Below, piece by piece: positions 56,015 to 64,000 of a stretch of DNA of 64,000 nt. A program made the position numbers and the translations under genes. A model generated the notes under the pieces. The model did not search any database. It saw only the letters and a program-made list of their open reading frames with translations, and was not told the DNA's origin. Every line of letters starts with the position of its first letter. The first letter of the stretch is position 1. Source of the DNA: Planctomycetota bacterium (lineage in GTDB: Bacteria; Planctomycetota; UBA11346); NCBI GenBank assembly GCA_038231435.1, contig JBBRLJ010000022.1, positions 30,575 to 94,574 of the forward strand. The letters run 5' to 3'.

Positions 56015-56669
56015 GGTTGGCCACGCGTTCGTCATCCAGGACGCCAACGAAGGCGTCGTCACGCCACATCGCCTGTGGATCGAAGGTCGCGCCGGCGATC
56101 AGGCTCATGATCACCATGGTCGCGTAGATGGCCGCCCCCGGGCCCGCGTCGACGCTGACCATATCGCCGAGCTTCACCGCCGCGACCACGCCGGCGACGA
56201 GCATGACGTCGATCATGCCCCAACGTCCGGCGCCCTCGATCAGGCGGTAGGTGAGCGCGCGGTGATGGCTGCGGGTAGCCCGCGATGCCAGGCTCAGCCA
56301 CAGCAGCCCCATCAGCTTCATCAGGGGGACGACGATCGAGCAGACCAGCACGATGCCGCCGATCAGCCAATGGCCATCGCGCACCAGGTTGATCGTGCCG
56401 TGCCAGATGTCGGTCTGGTTGCTGACGCCGAAACGCTCGATCGACATCACCGGCAGGCTCATCGCGAGCGGGTAGAGGATGAGCGCGGAAAGCGCCGCGG
56501 CCACCGTCCACGACTGGTTTCCGCGCTGCGCGAACGGCGTGGCGCAGCGCGCGCAGGTCACCAGTTCGTGCGGGCTCGGGTGGGGCACGATCTGGATCAA
56601 GCCGCAGCAATGGCAGGCGCGCAGGAGCGGCTCGGAAGGCTGCACGGGGACGGTCTGAGCGGTTGCCAC
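56007..56669 (-). CDS. pqiA: Paraquat-inducible protein A (single PqiA module)
   Basis: CHCCG..CARC, ALILYPLA, GRWGMIDV, FDPQAMW. Confidence 0.9.
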   Translation of the reverse strand: MATAQTVPVQPSEPLLRACHCCGLIQIVPHPSPHELVTCARCATPFAQRGNQSWTVAAALSALILYPLAMSLPVMSIERFGVSNQTDIWHGTINLVRDGHWLIGGIVLVCSIVVPLMKLMGLLWLSLASRATRSHHRALTYRLIEGAGRWGMIDVMLVAGVVAAVKLGDMVSVDAGPGAAIYATMVIMSLIAGATFDPQAMWRDDAFVGVLDDERVANHA

Positions 56670-56791
56670 GGGGGTACCCTACTGGCGGATGCCATGATGG
56701 AGAAGGGGGATAGGCGCCATTGCTCCACGCGTTACCTCCCGGTTACACCCCCGATGGGGCTCCGGCGCATGATCCCGCCATGGAGACCATC

Positions 56792-58069
56792 ATGCCCCGA
56801 GCCATCCTCGCCCTGGCCCTCTACCTGGGTTTCGCGGCCCTGCTGCCGATGAGCGCCCACGCCTGCGGCTGCGGGCTGGATCCCGACCTGGTGACCCGCG
56901 CGCTGGGCGCGGACGCCGAGACCGCGACCGCCGCCCGCGAGGCGTTGCGCGCCGAAGGCCCGCTCGCCATCACCTTCCTCGATCACGAGCACATTGGACG
57001 CGCTCGCCTTGCGGCGCAGGATGAAGCAGCCTGGGACGCCCTCTACGACCAGATCGGCCAGCAGCGGGGCTGCCGGAACTCGCACCTCTTCTGGTATACC
57101 GATCTCACAGAGGCCGAACGCGTCGCCGCGGCCGAGCACAAGCCGATCCTGTCCCTGCGCATGCTCGGCAAGCTCACCGACGAATACAGCTGCGCCAACA
57201 GCCGCTTCTTCCGCACTGTGCTCTACGCCAATGCCGAGGTCTCGGAATACCTGCGCGACCACGTGGTGCTGCATTGGCGGTCCGAACGCCCGGTGCCGGT
57301 GGTCAGCGTCGATTTCGGCGATGGACGCATGATCCGCACCACCGTCACCGGCAACAGCGCGCACTACATCCTCGATGAGACCGGCCGCCCGCTCGATGCC
57401 TTGCCGGGCCTGTACGGCCCGCAGCCGTTCCTGCAGCACCTGCGCGAGGCGGTGGCGTTGGATCTGGCGATCCACGCCGACCAGGACCACCGCGACGGCA
57501 TCCTGCGCGAGCATCATGCCACGGCGTTGCGCGCGAACGCGCCGTCGCGAGCTCCGGATGTCACCGAGAGCGTGCAGGTCGACAGCGCGCGCGAGTTCAC
57601 CGTCGAGGCGCTGGTCGCCGAGCAGGTCACGGTCGGCAAGAGTCTCGCCGAATCTCCGTTCCTGCGCGCGGCACGCCTCGGCGGCGATGGCGGCGCGGCG
57701 CCGATGGCTCCGGCAGTACGCGCCGCGCTCGCCGACGCGCACCCGGAATTCGGCACGATCGACGCCTCCAGCCGCGCGCTGGTGCTCGCGCAGATGTCCC
57801 TCGATGGCATCCCTGCCACCCAGGACGGGGTGATCGAGGAGCTCGAACGGTCGATCGCCGAGGACACGGTGCTGAACGAGTTCAGCCTGCACGCGGCCAT
57901 CCATCGGCGATTCGCTTCTGGAGCGGTCGCTGACCTCGAGGCGCTGAACCGCTGGATGTACGACCGGCTGTTCCGGACTCCCGCTTCCGATCCCTGGCTG
58001 GGCCTGATGCCCCACTGCTACATCGGATTGGATCACAACGGCGTTGTCGTGGCCGCCGCTAAGCGCTAA
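56792..58069 (+). CDS. Exported protein with a thioredoxin-like domain
   Basis: Signal peptide ending AHA; WYTDLTEA..A..EHKPIL..MLGKLTDEYSCANSR...VVLHW. Confidence 0.7.
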   Translation: MPRAILALALYLGFAALLPMSAHACGCGLDPDLVTRALGADAETATAAREALRAEGPLAITFLDHEHIGRARLAAQDEAAWDALYDQIGQQRGCRNSHLFWYTDLTEAERVAAAEHKPILSLRMLGKLTDEYSCANSRFFRTVLYANAEVSEYLRDHVVLHWRSERPVPVVSVDFGDGRMIRTTVTGNSAHYILDETGRPLDALPGLYGPQPFLQHLREAVALDLAIHADQDHRDGILREHHATALRANAPSRAPDVTESVQVDSAREFTVEALVAEQVTVGKSLAESPFLRAARLGGDGGAAPMAPAVRAALADAHPEFGTIDASSRALVLAQMSLDGIPATQDGVIEELERSIAEDTVLNEFSLHAAIHRRFASGAVADLEALNRWMYDRLFRTPASDPWLGLMPHCYIGLDHNGVVVAAAKR

Positions 58070-58130
58070 ACTCCCACATGCCGAGAGACCGCATGCCAAC
58101 AGGAATGAGCAGCGGCGTGGGCGGCGCGGC

Positions 58131-58847
58131 ATGAAGCGCGTGCTCGTCATCGAGGACGACGCGGCCATCCGCCGCGGCCTGGTCGATGCCCTCGGATTCG
58201 CCGGCTACGAGGTCAGCGAGGCAGCCACCGGAGACTCGGGCGAGACGCGCGCGATCCAGGGCGATTGGGATCTGGTGCTGCTGGACGTCATCCTTCCAGG
58301 GCGCGACGGCCGGGACGTGTTGCGCGCGGTGCGTGCCGCGCGCCCGACCCTGCCGGTGATCATGCTCACCGCCATCGGCGGCGAGGACGACCGGGTCCTC
58401 GGCCTCGCCCTCGGCGCCGACGATTACGTAGTCAAGCCGTTCAGCGTGCGTGAACTCCTGGCCCGCGTTGCCGCGGTGCTCCGCCGCTCGGCTGAACGCC
58501 CCACCGACGTCGCCGACGTCGCGCTTCCGGGCGGCACCGCCGACCTGGTGCGGCTCGAGGTGCGCTTCACGGATGGCGGACGGCAGCCGTTGGCCGAACG
58601 CGAAGCCTCGCTGCTGCGCTACCTGGCTTGCAACCGCGGACGCGCGGTGTCGCGCGAGGAGATCCTCGAGCGGGTCTGGCGCATCGATGCGCGTGGTCTG
58701 TCGGGGGCAGGCGGCACGCGCAGCGTCGACATGCAGGTCGCCCGGCTACGCGAGAAGCTGCGCGACGATCCCCATGATCCCCGCGTAGTGGTGACGGTGC
58801 GTGGCAAGGGCTACATGCTGGCTGCGGTGCCAGGAGCCGTCGCATGA
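58131..58847 (+). CDS. OmpR/PhoB-family response regulator
   Basis: VIEDD, LLDVILP, MLTA, GADDYVVKPF, TVRGKGY. Confidence 0.95.
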   Translation: MKRVLVIEDDAAIRRGLVDALGFAGYEVSEAATGDSGETRAIQGDWDLVLLDVILPGRDGRDVLRAVRAARPTLPVIMLTAIGGEDDRVLGLALGADDYVVKPFSVRELLARVAAVLRRSAERPTDVADVALPGGTADLVRLEVRFTDGGRQPLAEREASLLRYLACNRGRAVSREEILERVWRIDARGLSGAGGTRSVDMQVARLREKLRDDPHDPRVVVTVRGKGYMLAAVPGAVA

Positions 58848-58923
58848 GCCGCCTCGGGCCAGGCCAGTCGCTCGCTCGCCGGCGTCCTGCGCTGGACCAT
58901 CCGCGACTCGCGGGGGTACGCTC

Positions 58924-60651
58924 GTGAAAGGCCAGCTGCGGGTATGGCTGTGGTTCGCCTTGGGGGTGGCCGTGCTGGTCGGGGTGCTCGCGCGCCTGAG
59001 CATCAGCGCGCTCGCGCTCTCGCGCAGCGAGGCGGTCGCGCGCGAGCTCTCGCACCGCGACGCGCTGGCGCGCGATGCGCTGTGGCGGATGGATTCGCAG
59101 CTCGCGCCACTGGTCGCCGTCGAAAGCGCGCGGCCCTCGGCGGATTTCCACGCCGGAGCGATCGTCCCGGTGGTCGCCGGACAGACCCTCGCCGATTGCA
59201 TCCGCCTGCGCTTCCAGCTCGAAGCCAACGGCTGCCTCGACACTGCCTGGGCCTCGGGCGAGGCGGTGAGCGAGCGCATGCGTTCGATGATCCAGGCTTC
59301 TGGCCTGATCGCCGCCATCAGCGAGCCGCAACAGTCGATGCTCGTCGTGGCCGAAGCCCAGGGTGAACGGACCCGTCGGGATCCGCAGGCGAAAGGAGAC
59401 CTCAGTGCCCGTCAGCAGGTGCTCCAGGTCACCGCCAACGCCCTGCAACAGGGCTACGGCAACAGCAATGCCAATGTCAATGCCAGCGCCAGGAACAGCG
59501 GCGACGCGTCGGCTAGGGAACCGTTCACCCTGATGGATCCCATGGACCAGCCCGCATCGGCCCAAGTCGAATTGATGCGGCCGTTGTGGCTCGACGCCGA
59601 CCATCTCGCCCTGGTCAGGCAATCCAGCCAGGCGGGTGCGCATGTCGAAGGCTGCGTGCTCGACGCCACATCGCTGCGCGAACGACTGCGGGTGCTGGTC
59701 GCCGATCTCCTACCACAAGCGGCCTTGCGGCGCGCTGAAGGTGGCGGTGGGCATCCCGTGACCTCGGCAACGCCGGCGACGGGGGACAGCTATCCGCTGG
59801 CCGCGTTGCCGCTGGCTCTCGACCCAGGACCGTTGGCCGCTCCCGCGACGTGGTCGCCGCTGGCGGCGATGCTCGCGGTCGCCTGGGCTTGCGCGCTCGC
59901 CGCGCTCGCCGCGATGGGCGCGCTGCTCGCGGGTGCCGTGTCGTTGAGCGAGCGGCGGGCCATGTTCGTCTCGGCGGTCACCCACGAGCTGCGCACGCCG
60001 ATCACCTCGCTGCGCATGTACGCTGAGATGCTCGATGAGGGCATGGTGGTCGAACCGGCGCAGCGGGCGCGCTACCTGGCCACGGTGCGCGCCGAAGCCG
60101 AGCGCCTCGGCAGCCTGGTGGAGAACGTGCTGTCCTATGCCCGCCTGGAGCGCGCAAGCGACGCCGCGCGGCTGCTCGGCACGACTGCTGGCGAACTGAT
60201 CGCGCGTTGCTGCGATCGCCTCGAACGTCGCTCCACCGAGGCGGGGATGACGCTGTCGATATCCTGCGCCGACGACGCGGCCGCCGCGCCGCTGCGCGTG
60301 GATGCGGAATCGGTCGAGCGGATCCTGGTGAACCTCGTCGACAACGCGTGCAAGTACGCGTCGCGCGTCCAGGACCGGCGCATCGAACTCGACGTCACCG
60401 CCGGCGCGGACGCGATCAGGATGCGGGTCCGCGATCATGGTCCGGGTGTTGCGCGCGACGTGCACCGGCGGCTGTTCAGCGCCTTCGCCAAGTCGGCGAG
60501 CGTCGCCGCGCATTCGGCTCCCGGGGTCGGGCTGGGCTTGGCGCTCAGCCGGAGGCTGGCGCGACGCATGGGGGGGGATCTGGCGCTCGAGCCGTCGCAG
60601 GACGGCGCGGCGTTCGTGCTCACGCTGCCGCGGCACCCGCCTTCTGCGTAG
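58924..60651 (+). CDS. Membrane sensor histidine kinase
   Basis: Two TMs; VTHELRTP, NLVDNACKY, DHGPG, GVGLGL. Confidence 0.95.
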   Translation: MKGQLRVWLWFALGVAVLVGVLARLSISALALSRSEAVARELSHRDALARDALWRMDSQLAPLVAVESARPSADFHAGAIVPVVAGQTLADCIRLRFQLEANGCLDTAWASGEAVSERMRSMIQASGLIAAISEPQQSMLVVAEAQGERTRRDPQAKGDLSARQQVLQVTANALQQGYGNSNANVNASARNSGDASAREPFTLMDPMDQPASAQVELMRPLWLDADHLALVRQSSQAGAHVEGCVLDATSLRERLRVLVADLLPQAALRRAEGGGGHPVTSATPATGDSYPLAALPLALDPGPLAAPATWSPLAAMLAVAWACALAALAAMGALLAGAVSLSERRAMFVSAVTHELRTPITSLRMYAEMLDEGMVVEPAQRARYLATVRAEAERLGSLVENVLSYARLERASDAARLLGTTAGELIARCCDRLERRSTEAGMTLSISCADDAAAAPLRVDAESVERILVNLVDNACKYASRVQDRRIELDVTAGADAIRMRVRDHGPGVARDVHRRLFSAFAKSASVAAHSAPGVGLGLALSRRLARRMGGDLALEPSQDGAAFVLTLPRHPPSA

Positions 60652-61047
60652 ATCCGTCAATGCATCAGTTCATTTTGATTAGCGGCGTGAGCGCAGCCTG
60701 AATCCGCCCAGATAGAAGCGCACGCTGATCGCCCATGAGGGGCTCTGGACATCGCTTTCCTGGCGCTGCAGCTGCGCGGCGAGGATGCGTCTCACCAACG
60801 CCGACAGATCGTGGGAGGCCTTGCTCTTCGTCGTTCCAGCGGGTCCGGACACAAGGGTATCCTCCAGGTCGATGGCGCTGGTACGGTATGGGCAGACAAT
60901 CGGACATTCGCGGGCAATTGGCTGAAGACTGAACGCGCAACCGTCCGGCAGAATCGGTTACTAGGTGCCTCCGATCCACTCGGGGCGACGTTTGCAACGC
61001 CACGGACCAGGCGCCGGGGCGGTTTATCGGGTACACTCACGCAGCCT

Positions 61048-62010
61048 ATGAGCGGCGGCGAAACCCTTCAGATCCGGCGCAAGATCACCAAGGGCAACCT
61101 GCTCTTCGGCGACTACACGCTGCTGCACGTGCTCGCCCAAGGCAAGGTGGGCATCATCTGCGAGGCCGAGCACAATTCGCTGAAGCGGTCGTGCGCGCTG
61201 AAGATGGTCAATCCGACGTACGCCGAACGCGAGGGTTTCTCCTTCGCGCTGATCGAATCGTTCCTGCGCGAAGCGCGGATCATGGCCGGTGTCGACCATC
61301 CGAACATCATGCCCGTCTACCACGGCGGCACCGTCGGGCAGTGTCCGTTCATCGCTATGCGTCTGGTGCGTGGCGGCAACCTCGATGCGCGTGTTGCCAA
61401 GACCGGCCAGGTGAGCGGCGACTGGGCGATGCGCCTGATCCACGATTGCGCGGCGGGGTTGCAGGCTGTGCACGCCACCGGCTTCGTCCACGCTGACGTC
61501 CGTCCCGACAACGTGCTCCTGGAAGCCGACGGCATGCCGCGCATCACCGACTTCGATCTCGCGGCGCCGATCGGCGACCCCAAGCCGCGCGCGGCCCCCG
61601 AAGCGCCACTCTATGCCGCGCCCGAGCTCCGCGCCGGGCAACCGCTCGACGAACGCGCCGATCTCTACGCCCTCGGAGCCACCATCTTCTACGCCTGCAC
61701 CGGCAAAACTCCGCGCGAGATCGAGGACGGCGACGCGATCTCCGCCGCGGTCTATCGCGCCATGCCCGCCGGCGGCCGCAACGCGATCCTCGGCAAGTCG
61801 CTCTCGTCGATCATCGCCAAGCTGATGGCTCCGGATCTCGAGACCCGGTACCGTATCGCCGAGGAGGTGCTGCACGACTGCCGCTGCGTGGGTGCCGGCC
61901 AGGAGCCCGAACACGCCCTCGGACGGACCCGTCAGCGCAAGGAGCGTTTCTTCGGCTGGAAGAACGGCGAGGAGAAGCCCGCCGAAGACGACAATCCGTT
62001 CCCGGAATGA
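61048..62010 (+). CDS. Atypical cytoplasmic Ser/Thr kinase-like protein
   Basis: LAQGKVG, ALKM, FLREAR, HADVRPDN, DFDL, YAAPE, ADLYALG; the frame is open from 60811. Confidence 0.85.
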   Translation: MSGGETLQIRRKITKGNLLFGDYTLLHVLAQGKVGIICEAEHNSLKRSCALKMVNPTYAEREGFSFALIESFLREARIMAGVDHPNIMPVYHGGTVGQCPFIAMRLVRGGNLDARVAKTGQVSGDWAMRLIHDCAAGLQAVHATGFVHADVRPDNVLLEADGMPRITDFDLAAPIGDPKPRAAPEAPLYAAPELRAGQPLDERADLYALGATIFYACTGKTPREIEDGDAISAAVYRAMPAGGRNAILGKSLSSIIAKLMAPDLETRYRIAEEVLHDCRCVGAGQEPEHALGRTRQRKERFFGWKNGEEKPAEDDNPFPE

Positions 62011-62244
62011 CGCCGTGCCGGTGCCGCGGGACATCCGCTGCGGAGACCCCGAGCCGACGAGATGGCATGTCCGAGAAAGCTCCAAAGCCCTAAAGGATTC
62101 GAACCCCGAGCGATGGAGTAGTCATGGCCGCACGGCGACCTTCCGGTCGAGTAGCGCGAGCCAGCGAAAGCGCGGGCAGCCGCGGATCCAAGCCTTTCCC
62201 CATGCCTTCCTGAGGCCGGAGTCCCCGGAGCCGAGGGAAGGCAT

Positions 62245-62334
62245 TGGCGGACAGGGGGGGATTCGAACCCCCGAACGAGTTTCCCCGTTACGCGCTTTCC
62301 AAGCGCGCGCATTCGGCCGCTCTGCCACCTGTCC
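62245..62334 (-). tRNA. tRNA-Ser(GGA)
   Basis: GGACAGG acceptor stem, anticodon loop TT-GGA-AA, long variable arm, GGTTCGAATCC T-arm, G discriminator, encoded CCA. Confidence 0.97.
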
Positions 62335-62354
62335 ATTCTGCGGTTGCGGCGGCG

Positions 62355-62382
62355 ACTATGGGTCGGCCAGCGGCGAGGTCAA
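62355..62382 (-). promoter_or_regulatory. Putative tRNA promoter TTGACC-N16-CATAGT with GC-rich discriminator
   Basis: Lies 20 nt upstream of the tRNA 5' end. Confidence 0.65.
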
Positions 62383-62435
62383 CCGCACGGGTGGGACGAG
62401 GTCCGACCCGGGGTGGCGGGACGCTCACCGTCGGA

Positions 62436-63674
62436 TCACTCGTTGATGTCCCAGTCCCGCACAACGGTGTGGTCGTCCATGACCGCTGGCGGATAGCGCC
62501 CTTCGCTGGGCACTCCGGCATCTCCGAAGGCGGGATCGTAGGCGCAGGTGGCGAAGCGCTTGACGTGCGCCTTGAGATCGGCCCATTCCTTGCCGCTGTA
62601 GCCGATGAAGCGGTGGATGTCGGCCTCGAGCTCCGCGGCTTCCTCGTCGCTGTGCTCATAGAAATGCTTGAGGTCCTCGAGCGCCAGGTAGCCGTTGGCG
62701 ATGTTGAGTCGCCAGAAGCGCTTCACCTCCTCGGTGAGCGGCCGGACCTCGCGCTCGTAGGTCTCGAAGAAGCGATCCACGTCGAGCACCAGCTTGGGTA
62801 TGAGCTCGAGCTGGGCGTGCTTGTAGCGCCACAGATCCTCGGCGAGGTGCTGTCCTTCCCACACGGTGTAGTGGACGACGAAATTCTGCACGTCCAGGCA
62901 GAGCTTGCGGTATTCGCGCTCGCGCCACTGGGTGTAGCGGTAGACGTCGTCGACCAGCCGTGGGACCGTCGCCTGTTCATAGCTGTAGAAAGCCTTGAAG
63001 TCGGCGACCATGCGGTCGCCCTCGATGGCGGCATGGGCGCGGAAGCGCTGGACGTCGTAGACCAGCTTGTCCCAGTCGTCGAGATTGGCCTGGAACCAGT
63101 CGCGCCCGTCGCGGATCAGCTTCTTGTACTCGCGTTCGCGCCATTCGAGGAATTCGCGGACGTCGACGTCGAGATTCGCGACTTCCCAGTGCGCGTGCTC
63201 GTAGAAGCGGTGCAGATCCTCGCGCAGCGGCACCATCTCGCGGTTCTGGTATTCGACCCAGATGCAGACATCCATCACCAGGTTGCGCCACTCGGGGTCG
63301 GCCTTGGCGAAGAAGTTCAGCACGTCGTTGGTCATGCGCGGGAAGTTCTGGATGTTGTAGCCGTAATAGCGGCCGACATCGAGCGTGAGCTTCTCGATCT
63401 GGTGCCATTCGAACGACATCAGATAGGCGAGCTCGGCATCGAGCTTGAACCATTCGCGCTTGCGCCAATCGATGAAGCGCTCGAGGTCGAACGGGATGTT
63501 CTTGCCGATGAGCTTGTTCGAGACCCCGAAGCGCACGATGTCGACGCGCAGCTGCGCGACTTCCTCGGAGCCGTGCCGCGCGAAGCGGTGGAGGTCATCC
63601 GCCGTTTCATCGCGTTCTTTGCAGCAGCCGGAGAGCAGGGCCACGGCGACGGCGAGGATGGCCCAGCTTCGCAT
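62436..63674 (-). CDS. Lipoprotein with about 20 tandem 18-residue amphipathic repeats
   Basis: Signal peptide with lipobox LSG-C; consensus xLxxDhxxF/Yxxxxx(R)Exx. Confidence 0.85.
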   Translation of the reverse strand: MRSWAILAVAVALLSGCCKERDETADDLHRFARHGSEEVAQLRVDIVRFGVSNKLIGKNIPFDLERFIDWRKREWFKLDAELAYLMSFEWHQIEKLTLDVGRYYGYNIQNFPRMTNDVLNFFAKADPEWRNLVMDVCIWVEYQNREMVPLREDLHRFYEHAHWEVANLDVDVREFLEWREREYKKLIRDGRDWFQANLDDWDKLVYDVQRFRAHAAIEGDRMVADFKAFYSYEQATVPRLVDDVYRYTQWREREYRKLCLDVQNFVVHYTVWEGQHLAEDLWRYKHAQLELIPKLVLDVDRFFETYEREVRPLTEEVKRFWRLNIANGYLALEDLKHFYEHSDEEAAELEADIHRFIGYSGKEWADLKAHVKRFATCAYDPAFGDAGVPSEGRYPPAVMDDHTVVRDWDINE

Positions 63675-63757
63675 CCGGACATGCTAGATGCGCACCCCCG
63701 ACCGACAATCGCACCCGCGAGGGGGGTGGGGCGGTGTGTCACTGCTATTTTCTTTCA

Positions 63758-63972
63758 AGGGGCTTCGCCCCTACGGCCCTAGCGGGCCTACCCCACGGGC
63801 TTTGTCGTGGCTCGAATTCGCCGGAGCCGGCGAATTCGTCGGCGGATCGGCTACGCCGATTGTATCCGCCGACCGCCACTCGGCGCCCGCCCCATCGCGG
63901 GGCGATGGGGCCCCCGGGGTATGCGATTTTCAGGGGCTTCGCCCCTACGGCCCTACCCCACGGGCTTTGTCG
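63758..63972. repeat. REP/BIME-like cluster: two direct copies flanking several hairpins
   Basis: aggggcttcgcccctacggccct...accccacgggctttgtcg at 63758-63807 and 63932-63972; minus strand reads GTAG-GGGC-GAA-GCCC. Confidence 0.75.
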
Positions 63973-64000
63973 GGGTTCGATGTCTCGCTTCGCTGCGACA

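Noticed and set aside
60652..61047. Lower-GC stretch with short ORFs before the second kinase
   Set aside because: No convincing RBS, codon bias or RNA structure; treated as promoter/UTR or an uncertain kinase extension.
62094..62108. GGATTCGAACCCCG, a copy of the tRNA T-arm about 150 nt downstream of tRNA-Ser (possible att site or second tRNA)
   Set aside because: The match is only about 13 bp, I could not fold a cloverleaf, and there is no integrase or island-like cargo.

Overview
This is a high-GC bacterial chromosomal segment, mostly core genome. Gene content suggests Planctomycetota/PVC (inference): two Ser/Thr kinases, a prenyltransferase/squalene-oxidase-repeat protein, a Rhodopirellula/Verrucomicrobium-type ECF sigma with a FecR-like partner, and an EndoIII-like protein. 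The centrepiece is a near-complete dcw operon (mraZ, unknown 70-aa ORF, rsmH, ftsL, ftsI, murE, murF, mraY, ftsW, murG, murC, murB, ddl, ftsQ, ftsA). It lacks murD and ends without ftsZ. Its FtsA has degenerate ATP-binding motifs and, by manual alignment, has lost the FtsZ-contact residues but keeps the membrane-targeting helix, pointing to a possible FtsZ-independent divisome. Other notable signals: a Leu-codon leader peptide in front of leuS; a lipoprotein built from about 20 tandem 18-residue aromatic amphipathic repeats; non-canonical 10-bp-periodic repeats before a divergent MraZ; an anti-sigma fused to an apparently inactive glycoside-hydrolase-like domain beside a fused sugar ABC system; a stand-alone EF-G domain IV-like protein; intergenic heptamer and REP-like repeats; and one tRNA-Ser(GGA). 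No CRISPR array, prophage, integrase or transposase was seen. All protein calls come from reading motifs by eye, not from database searches.
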